In this document: positions 29,254 through 36,611 of the stretch, piece after piece
How the letters are laid out: each line of letters starts with the position of its first letter
Numbering within the stretch: position 1 is the first letter of the stretch
Origin: Sedimentisphaerales bacterium
Lineage (GTDB): Bacteria; Planctomycetota; Phycisphaerae; Sedimentisphaerales; UBA12454
Reading direction: 5' to 3'
NCBI GenBank assembly: GCA_050014075.1
Contig: JBEKEA010000005.1
Span: 3,790-67,789, forward strand
DNA: 64,000 nucleotides
Notes under the pieces: generated by a model
What the model was told of the DNA's origin: nothing
Databases searched by the model: none
Seen by the model: only the letters and a program-made list of their open reading frames with translations
Translations under genes and position numbers: made by a program

Positions 29254-29985
29254 TTGACAAAAAATCCTGAAAAAATCTATGTAATCGCCTGTAAAATCTT
29301 AAGCCGCGACGTCCAAAAAGCCGCGAAAAAGGCGAATATAAATGCCGATATCGAATTTCTGCCTTTTGGCCTGCACGAAACCCCTACCGAGCTTACCCGC
29401 GAAGTTCAAAAGACTATCGACAAGGCATCGGACAGCGGCACTTTCAGCAGGATAGTCCTTGGCTACGGAATCTGCGGCAAGGGAACCGAAGGCCTCAAAG
29501 CCGTCAAAATTCCGCTGGTAATTCCGCAGGCCCACGACTGCATCACTTTATTCCTCGGCTCCGATGCCGCTTATAAAGAGCAATTCGGCAATTGTCCCGG
29601 CACATATTATTTTACTGCCGGCTGGTTCGACGAAAATCCCAATTACCACCAAACTCTCCGCATCGGCCTGAACATAGAAAAATTCGGCAAGACATACAAG
29701 CCTCAGGATTTGGAAATTATCGAAAAGTTTCTCACCGGCTGGCAGAAAAATTACAGCAGGGCAGTTTTTGTTCGAAATGCCGATGACACAGGCGACGACA
29801 AATACAGACAAATCACAAAAGACATTGCCCAAAAATACGGCTGGAAATACCAGGAACTTACAGGAAATACCAGACTGCTCGAAAAACTGCTCGTCGCCCA
29901 AAAAAGCGATGATGAAATTCTGGTCGTTCCGCCCGGCTTCGCCGTGGTTTTTAACGCATTAACCGGCAAACTTGAAACAAAATAA
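29254..29985 (+). CDS. DUF1638-like protein
   Basis: IAC, GLHETP, LGYGICG, AHDCITLFLGS, GTYYFTAGW pattern. Confidence 0.75.
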   Translation: MTKNPEKIYVIACKILSRDVQKAAKKANINADIEFLPFGLHETPTELTREVQKTIDKASDSGTFSRIVLGYGICGKGTEGLKAVKIPLVIPQAHDCITLFLGSDAAYKEQFGNCPGTYYFTAGWFDENPNYHQTLRIGLNIEKFGKTYKPQDLEIIEKFLTGWQKNYSRAVFVRNADDTGDDKYRQITKDIAQKYGWKYQELTGNTRLLEKLLVAQKSDDEILVVPPGFAVVFNALTGKLETK

Positions 29986-29996
29986 TTCGTGGTTAG

Positions 29997-30018
29997 CCCC
30001 GCCAATACTTTGGCGGGG
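29997..30018. repeat. Short GC-rich palindrome
   Basis: CCCCGCCAA-TACT-TTGGCGGGG, no U-tract. Confidence 0.65.
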
Positions 30019-30066
30019 TCAGTTAAATAAATTGCGTAATATTGCTTTTCCTGTTATAACCAAATT

Positions 30067-31186
30067 ATGGAATTAGCAGAAATAAGAACATCGGTAGAAA
30101 ATCTGAGGACCCGGATAGCAAAAATCCGGGACTGGCTTTGACATCGCTGCCAAACAGGCCGAAAGGCAAAACCTTGAACAGCAGATGTCCCAGCCCAACT
30201 TTTGGGATAATCAGGACGCCGCGAAAAAAATCGTTACAAAACTAAGCGCATTAAAAGCTGTTTTAGACCCCTTTATTGCCACCGAGAAAAAAATCACCGA
30301 TGTCGTCGAGCTTTTCGCTGTCGCCGCAGGTGAAAACGACCTGCAGATATTGGCCGAAATGGAAAAGGACCTCGCGCTTCTCGAAAAATCCTGCGCCCAG
30401 ATAGAACTCACCGGCCTTCTCAGCGGCCCCGACGATATGAAAAATTGTTTTTTCAGTATTCACGCCGGCGCTGGCGGCACGGAAAGCTGCGACTGGGTTA
30501 GTATGCTCCTGCGGATGTATACCCGTTTCTTCCAGCAGAACAAATTCGCTTATGAAGAGCTTGATATGACCCCCGGCGAAGAAGCAGGCCTGCGCTCTGT
30601 TACACTCAAAGTCAGCGGCCCATTCGCCTTCGGCAAACTTTCCTGCGAATCCGGCGTTCACAGGATGGTTCGCATCAGTCCCTTTGACGCCAACAAAAGA
30701 CGTCATACGACTTTCGCCGCCGTGGATGTAATGCCGGAATACGATGACGATATAGATATCGAAATTGACGAAAAGGATTTACGAATGGATTTTTACCGTG
30801 CCGGCGGCGCAGGCGGCCAGCACGTCAACAAAACAAGTTCAGCCGTTCGCATTACGCATTTCCCGACCGGTATTGTTACCCAGTGCCAAAACGACCGCTC
30901 CCAGCATCGCAACAAAGCCGAGGCGATGAAAATGTTAAAAGGCAAACTGTATATGTTAGAGCAGCAGAAGAGAGATTCCGAGCTTGCCAAACTCTACGGC
31001 AACAAAGGCGAAATCGCCTGGGGCAACCAGATTAGAAGTTATGTTTTTCAGCCTTACCAGTTGGTCAAGGATCATCGCACCGATTTCCAAACCGGAAATA
31101 TCAACGCCGTTATGGATGGCGACATCGAGGATTTTATTGATAGTTACCTTCAATACCGCGCCGAAAAAAAACATAAAAAAGTATAA
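30067..31186 (+). CDS. prfB: Peptide chain release factor 2 with programmed +1 frameshift
   Basis: ATG 30067 frame ends CTT TGA C (30136-30142); +1 frame joins the 30185 ORF with SPF, GGAGGQ and WGNQIRSY. Confidence 0.96.
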
Positions 31187-31209
31187 TTAACCCCCGGACC
31201 GGAGTTTGC

Positions 31210-31225
31210 CCTCGCGCAGGCGAGG
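31210..31225. repeat. Mini hairpin element
   Basis: CCTCGC-GCAG-GCGAGG just after prfB. Confidence 0.55.
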
Positions 31226-31261
31226 AGGTGGGCTTGTCGTTCTATCTCCTGTATTTTTTTA

Positions 31262-31290
31262 TTGTCTTTTTCTCCTTTTCCTGCTATAAT
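31262..31290 (+). promoter_or_regulatory. sigma70-type promoter (upstream of two)
   Basis: TTGTCT-N17-TATAAT with extended TG. Confidence 0.55.
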
Positions 31291-31346
31291 TCCCATGTTT
31301 CATTGAGGAGGCAATTAAGGAAGAACGAAATATAAACAAAAATTAT

Positions 31347-31375
31347 TTGACATAACAGTATAATTGTATTATACT
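31347..31375 (+). promoter_or_regulatory. Near-consensus sigma70 promoter overlapped by a palindromic operator
   Basis: TTGACA-N17-TATACT; AGTATAAT-tgt-ATTATACT at 31357-31375. Confidence 0.7.
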
Positions 31376-31444
31376 TATAAAGTCCTTAGCATCACATTGC
31401 CGATATAATACAAATATGAATAAAAGAATAATTATGGTGAAAAT

Positions 31445-32248
31445 ATGACATCTACTTTGCCAGATTATCACAATCCTCCTATAAATGAAGTCGTATTTGG
31501 GATACAGTTTAGGCCGTTGGATCTCAAATCACCTCATATAGGATTCTTTTGGGAAAAACTCTCCCAAAAAGATTATACGGAATATAAAGAAATGCCTCTC
31601 CTGCCTCATGTAGTTGAGACCTTTGAGGGATCGGCTACTCAGTCACCCACTTTTAATGTAGAATCATTAGAATATCCTCCGCTTCCCCGTTTATTTTTCA
31701 TCGACAAAGTTAAAAATCATCTGATTCAAATCCAACAAGATCGGTTCCTTCAAAATTGGAGGAAACTTAAGAATGACGATAATTATCCAAGATATAACCA
31801 ATTACTTCCAAAGTTTATAAATTCTTGGGAATTGTTCTGCTCGTTTGCCAAAGAGCAAAATCTTGGCAAATTAGAACCGGACCAATACGAATTAACTTAT
31901 GTTAATCATATTCCGCGAGGCGAGGCATGGAAGAGTTTGAAGGATATTGAAAATATATTTCCTGAATTTCAATGTAAGATAGGCAACCGTTTTTTAAATG
32001 AACCTGAAGATGTTTTTTGGCGTAAAATTTTTAGGTTGCCTAACGATAAAGGTAGATTGCATGTGACTTTGCGACTCGCAACAAGCAAAGATTTAAAGGA
32101 TGAAGTAATGGTATTCGATTTAACTGTCAGAGGATTTGCTTCTGGTAATATGAGCGAATGGTTCGGTATGGCTCATGAATGGATTGTCAAAGGATTTGCT
32201 GATTTAACCAATGACACTATTCAAACTACTATCTGGAAAAGAAAATGA
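31445..32248 (+). CDS. TIGR04255-like protein
   Basis: LPDYHNPPINEVVFGIQF, PR.FF..LIQIQQDRF..NWRK..YPRY, ELTYVNHI, W...AHEWI..F..LT. Confidence 0.75.
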   Translation: MTSTLPDYHNPPINEVVFGIQFRPLDLKSPHIGFFWEKLSQKDYTEYKEMPLLPHVVETFEGSATQSPTFNVESLEYPPLPRLFFIDKVKNHLIQIQQDRFLQNWRKLKNDDNYPRYNQLLPKFINSWELFCSFAKEQNLGKLEPDQYELTYVNHIPRGEAWKSLKDIENIFPEFQCKIGNRFLNEPEDVFWRKIFRLPNDKGRLHVTLRLATSKDLKDEVMVFDLTVRGFASGNMSEWFGMAHEWIVKGFADLTNDTIQTTIWKRK

Positions 32249-33030
32249 CAAACTACCTTAAGTTAAACTCTATATCAATCTCTGATGAAATGGACTTTGG
32301 ACGATTAAGTGGCGATGTTGTCTTTCAAAAAACTGAGGAGAGAGATGATACTCTATCAAATGCATTTGTAAGACGCATTCCTTCGATAGGGAGAACAACG
32401 GCGTGGGAAGATGTAGAATTAGAATTGTCAGATCAAGATGCTTATAGGCCCCTTGTAGTTGGTGTTCCGCGATTACCAAAAACTTTTATGGTAAGTCCGC
32501 AAATGGGAGAGATAGGTTATCAATGGATTTGTGTTGCAACTGGAAAAACTACCCAACATTCGCATGTTTCTTATCTATTGCCTTATACTTTATTAACTGA
32601 AAAGCAGGAATCTTTTTCACCAGATTTTCATGAAACTATAAATATGGTGAACTTTCTCCTTCAATCTGAATTTGCCAGAGGATCGGCAACATCTCAAGCT
32701 ATTGAAGAAACGCCGATAGAAAAGATTAGTGAAATAATTACTGCTGAATGTTTAGAATTTTGCAAATCACAAAATATTTTTAAAACATTGAACGAATGTT
32801 TGTATCAGGTTGAGCAAAGTTTCGAATTTTTGCAAAAGGTGCAAGCAGAACTTAGTTATTTCCATGATGATGAAGAAGTTGAAAATGAGCCACATGTAGA
32901 GATTGAAGTTAAAGTTAATACTTCTAGAGAAATAGCGGAAAAAAACTACGATAACTGGCTTGATTGGTTTGTCAAAAAGATACCTGATGCTATTAGGAAA
33001 TTTTTTATACTAACTATAGATAGAGTCTAA
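32245..33030 (+). CDS. Hypothetical protein; C-terminal ~100 aa resembles small domains found upstream of HEPN genes
   Basis: ATGA overlap with the upstream gene; acidic loop HDDEEVENE between predicted strands; no recognised family. Confidence 0.6.
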   Translation: MTNYLKLNSISISDEMDFGRLSGDVVFQKTEERDDTLSNAFVRRIPSIGRTTAWEDVELELSDQDAYRPLVVGVPRLPKTFMVSPQMGEIGYQWICVATGKTTQHSHVSYLLPYTLLTEKQESFSPDFHETINMVNFLLQSEFARGSATSQAIEETPIEKISEIITAECLEFCKSQNIFKTLNECLYQVEQSFEFLQKVQAELSYFHDDEEVENEPHVEIEVKVNTSREIAEKNYDNWLDWFVKKIPDAIRKFFILTIDRV

Positions 33031-33031
33031 A

Positions 33032-33451
33032 ATGAATCCGCAGGATTTTTTAAACACAGCTAATGTGTTAGTTGGTTCTTCAAACGAATCGGATTTAAGA
33101 ACCTCGGTTAGTAGATCATATTATGCGGTGTTACTTTTTTACCGTAGTTATTTAGCTAATAAAGTTGGTTTTATGCCAGAGAAATTAGGGGCCGCTGTTC
33201 ATAAATTTGTTCCTGAGTGTTTCAATGCATGCGGTGCTGTTGAAGTTAAAAAAATTGGGGAAAAAATAAGTCGCTTAAAACAAGATCGTACCAATGCTGA
33301 TTATATATTATCAAAAACAGTTTCTTCGACCAAAGCAAAAGACTGTCTCGAATCAGCTAAAGAACTAATATCTTGTTCCATTTCTAACCAAAACGAAACA
33401 GAAGTTTTGGCTCAAGCAACTACAAGAGCAAAAGCTCGTCAACTAATTTAA
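33032..33451 (+). CDS. HEPN-domain protein (UPF0332-like pattern)
   Basis: DFL..A, RTSVSRSYYA, H in VHKFV, LKQDRTNADY; all-helical 139 aa. Confidence 0.75.
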   Translation: MNPQDFLNTANVLVGSSNESDLRTSVSRSYYAVLLFYRSYLANKVGFMPEKLGAAVHKFVPECFNACGAVEVKKIGEKISRLKQDRTNADYILSKTVSSTKAKDCLESAKELISCSISNQNETEVLAQATTRAKARQLI

Positions 33452-33534
33452 TTTGTAGTTACTATTTCTCTCCCAAACAAATAACTAAGAAAATAACTAG
33501 GGACGGCCATCTATTTTTGATATTATTTCCCCTC

Positions 33535-33563
33535 TTGCCAAAACCTCTTTTTCCGCTTATAGT
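33535..33563 (+). promoter_or_regulatory. Candidate pepA promoter
   Basis: TTGCCA-N17-TATAGT. Confidence 0.5.
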
Positions 33564-33573
33564 TTAGCGATTA

Positions 33574-33599
33574 AACCGATAACTGATAACCGATAACTG
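33574..33599. repeat. Heptamer tandem repeat AAC(C/T)GAT x3.7
   Basis: AACCGAT-AACTGAT-AACCGAT-AACTG. Confidence 0.75.
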
Positions 33600-33621
33600 C
33601 GTTTCTAACTCAGGAGTTAAA

Positions 33622-35172
33622 ATGGCAAAGCAAATTATAAAGATAGATGTAAAAGCAGTAAAAGCTGATATTGCGAAATTAAAAGTTGACGTCGCCGCAG
33701 TCGGCGTTTTCAGCGATGCCAAACCGACCCCTTTCCTGAAAAGGCTTGATGACCTTCTCGATGGCGCGATAAGCAGGGTGAAAAAGATTGGCGATTTTAA
33801 GGCTTCCGTCGGCAGCAGTATTTTTCTTTACACTCACGGCAAAATCGCCGCCGAGAGAGTCCTGCTCGTAGGTCTGGGCGAACTGAAAAAGAAAAATGCC
33901 GCTACTGTCCTGCAGGCCGACTCCAAAGCGGCTTTTGAAGCCGTTAATGTCCACGCCAAAACGCTCGCCATTTTTCGGCACAATGAACCCGTCCCGCACA
34001 GCCTTGGCGAAAGTGGAGCAAAAACCGATTTCCATCGCCTCGGCCAAATAATCGCCGAAGCAGTCCACTTTGGCGGATACAGATATGATGAATTCGTAAC
34101 TGGTCAGGAAAACGGCAGGGGAAATTCTCTTTCCGTCTCTGTAGTTGACCAGGATTTGGCCACTGTCAGAAAAATAAATGAAGGAATAAAAATCGGCCAG
34201 ATAATCGGCCACGCTCAGAATTTCGCAAGGACGCTTTGTAATCGGCCCGCAAATATTCTTTATCCTCAGGAATTTGCAAATCAGGCAAAAAAAGTCGCTG
34301 CCTCGGTATCCGGCCTTAGCTGCACAGTTCTTGACGATAAAAAACTGGCTCAGCAAAAAATCGGCGGCCTTTTAGCCGTCGGCAAAGGCGCGACAAACAA
34401 GCCGAGAATGATAATTTTAAAATACACGCCGCGAGGCAAAGCGAAAAATGCCGAGCCTATTGCCCTTGTCGGCAAAGCGATAACATTTGATTCGGGCGGT
34501 ATAAGTTTGAAGCCTGCCGCGGATATGCACGAGATGAAATACGATATGACTGGCGGCGCCGCGGTTTTGATGGCTATGGAAGTAATCGCGAAATTGAAAT
34601 TACCGGTTCAGGTTTTCGGCGTTATTTGTGCCGCTGAGAACAGGCCTGATGGCGGAAGTTATCTGCCGGGCGATATTGTGACTACATTTAGCGGCAAGAC
34701 GGTTGAGATTTTGAATACTGATGCCGAAGGCAGGGTAGTTCTTTGTGATGGCATTGAGCAGGCAAAGCGTTTGAAATGCAAAACCGTTATTGACCTTGCG
34801 ACATTGACGGGCGCTTGCGTAGTTGCGCTTGGCAAGCACAAGGCCGGCCTTTTTGCAAACGACCAGAAGCTTGCCGAAAAGATTGAAGCGGCAGCAAAGG
34901 ACAGTTGCGAACCTGTTTGGCGATTGCCTTATGAGCAGGAATATATTGATGAAATGAAAGCCAAGATTGCCGACCTAAAGAATACTGGCGGCAAGTGGGG
35001 CGGTGCCTGCACTGGAGCGGCTTTCCTTGGCGAGTTTGCAAAAGGGTGCCTCTGGGCTCATCTCGATATTGCTGGAAAGATGGATGCATCGGAGCCGATG
35101 CAGAAATACACTTCGGCCGGCTCGATTGGTTATGGTGTCAGGTTGCTTACAAGTTTTCTTATGAATTTTTAA
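33622..35172 (+). CDS. pepA: Leucyl aminopeptidase (M17)
   Basis: [45 protein letters not shown]. Confidence 0.96.
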   Translation: MAKQIIKIDVKAVKADIAKLKVDVAAVGVFSDAKPTPFLKRLDDLLDGAISRVKKIGDFKASVGSSIFLYTHGKIAAERVLLVGLGELKKKNAATVLQADSKAAFEAVNVHAKTLAIFRHNEPVPHSLGESGAKTDFHRLGQIIAEAVHFGGYRYDEFVTGQENGRGNSLSVSVVDQDLATVRKINEGIKIGQIIGHAQNFARTLCNRPANILYPQEFANQAKKVAASVSGLSCTVLDDKKLAQQKIGGLLAVGKGATNKPRMIILKYTPRGKAKNAEPIALVGKAITFDSGGISLKPAADMHEMKYDMTGGAAVLMAMEVIAKLKLPVQVFGVICAAENRPDGGSYLPGDIVTTFSGKTVEILNTDAEGRVVLCDGIEQAKRLKCKTVIDLATLTGACVVALGKHKAGLFANDQKLAEKIEAAAKDSCEPVWRLPYEQEYIDEMKAKIADLKNTGGKWGGACTGAAFLGEFAKGCLWAHLDIAGKMDASEPMQKYTSAGSIGYGVRLLTSFLMNF

Positions 35173-35182
35173 AGGTAATATT

Positions 35183-35749
35183 ATGAGTAAAATAGACTCC
35201 AAAAAAATAGAAAACGCGATAAAGAATATTTTGGAAGCGGTTGGCGAGGACACAAATCGTGAAGGCCTAAAGCTTACTCCGAAACGCGTTGCCGCTATGT
35301 ATGCTGAATTATTGGCAGGCAGCACACAAGACCCGAAAGAATGTATAAAAAGCGTCTTCCGTGAAAAATGCGATGAAATAGTCCTTCTCCGCGACATTCC
35401 TTTTTACAGTATTTGTGAGCATCACATGATGCCTTTCATAGGCAAAGCTCACGTGGCGTATTTGCCGGATAAATATGTACTGGGTGTGAGTAAGCTGGCG
35501 AGAATTGTAGATTGCTTCGCTCGGAGGTTGCAGGTGCAGGAACGACTGACAGCTCAAATCGCGGATTTTCTGAACGAAAATTTAAAGCCGCAGGGTGTCG
35601 CGGTGGTCCTGGAAGCGTCGCATAGCTGTATGACGATACGCGGTATCAAAAAACCCGGTTCAGTTATGGTTACCAGCGCACTTCGCGGCACATTCAAAAA
35701 AGACCCCCGCAGCAGAGCTGAAGTCCTGAGCCTTATGCATAGTTCATAA
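35183..35749 (+). CDS. folE: GTP cyclohydrolase I
   Basis: [39 protein letters not shown]. Confidence 0.97.
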   Translation: MSKIDSKKIENAIKNILEAVGEDTNREGLKLTPKRVAAMYAELLAGSTQDPKECIKSVFREKCDEIVLLRDIPFYSICEHHMMPFIGKAHVAYLPDKYVLGVSKLARIVDCFARRLQVQERLTAQIADFLNENLKPQGVAVVLEASHSCMTIRGIKKPGSVMVTSALRGTFKKDPRSRAEVLSLMHSS

Positions 35750-35774
35750 GCAAGTAAAGAAGTAAGGAAAATGA

Positions 35775-36587
35775 GTGCATAAACTTGTAAGACAAGTCAG
35801 ATTCGCAATAAATCCATTCGGAAAATCAACGGACTTAGGCGCAAATTCATATTGCGCAAAACCGACAGCAACCGGCCTGGCTCTTTTTTTCTCGCTTTGG
35901 GTCGAACTTAAAGGCAACGCCAATAAAGATACCGGCTTCGTTGTCAATGTTTCCGATATCGATAAAATTGTCAGAAACAAGGCCGTTGGAATTTTTGATA
36001 AATTTGTAAAAAATCATTCAAACAGCAGCTTTGAACAAATCGGACAACTGCTCGGCAAAGTCTGGCAAACAATCGAAAAGGATTTTCTGCCGGTACTTCG
36101 ACACGGCTCAGTACAGGCCAAACTTAATTACCTGGCTGTCGAACTTATGCCGGCAAGAAAACTGGGTATCAAGGAAAGAGAGGGTGATATGCTTTATTTC
36201 TCTGAAAAATTCGAATTTTCCGCAAGTCATACGCTGTGGAACAAGAAATTTTCCGACGATAAAAACTCCAAGGTCTTCGGCAAATGCGCCAACAAGTACG
36301 GCCACGGCCATAACTATATCGTCGAAGTAACAGTCAAAAAGCCGACAAAAGGCAAGTCCTTAAAGGCAATCGAGTTCGAAAAGATAGTCGAAAAAGAATT
36401 TATCCGAACCGTTGACCATAAAAATCTAAACGCAGATGTCAAACATTTTAAAAAAGTAAATCCCACGGTAGAAAATATAGCCGAGTTTGCGTTTAAAAAG
36501 TTGTCAAATAAATTCAAACCTTTCGAACTCCATTGCGTAACAGTCTGGGAAAATGACAGAACGTTTTGTAGTTTCAGGGTGGATTAA
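35775..36587 (+). CDS. Two-domain 6-pyruvoyl/6-carboxy-tetrahydropterin synthase family protein
   Basis: C-terminal T-fold with FSASH, CANKYGHGHNY, DHKNLN, PTVEN, VWEND; degenerate N-terminal copy; follows folE. Confidence 0.85.
   Translation: MHKLVRQVRFAINPFGKSTDLGANSYCAKPTATGLALFFSLWVELKGNANKDTGFVVNVSDIDKIVRNKAVGIFDKFVKNHSNSSFEQIGQLLGKVWQTIEKDFLPVLRHGSVQAKLNYLAVELMPARKLGIKEREGDMLYFSEKFEFSASHTLWNKKFSDDKNSKVFGKCANKYGHGHNYIVEVTVKKPTKGKSLKAIEFEKIVEKEFIRTVDHKNLNADVKHFKKVNPTVENIAEFAFKKLSNKFKPFELHCVTVWENDRTFCSFRVD
36093..36116. repeat. Miniature palindromic element inside the PTPS coding sequence
   Basis: GTACTTCGACACGGCTCAGTACAG; 20/25 identical to the reverse complement of 40973-40997. Confidence 0.7.
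36511..36587 (+). repeat. 77-bp direct repeat, copy 1 (3' end of the PTPS gene)
   Basis: 64/77 identical to 38991-39067. Confidence 0.9.
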
Positions 36588-36611
36588 ATTGGCCACCGAG
36601 GCGATGGAACA

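Noticed and set aside
31262-33563. Similar CTC-TTTTCC-GC-TATA sequences on both sides of the HEPN cassette as a target-site duplication
   Set aside because: The same TTTTCCTG-TATAA pattern precedes prfB, so it is better explained as this genome's promoter style
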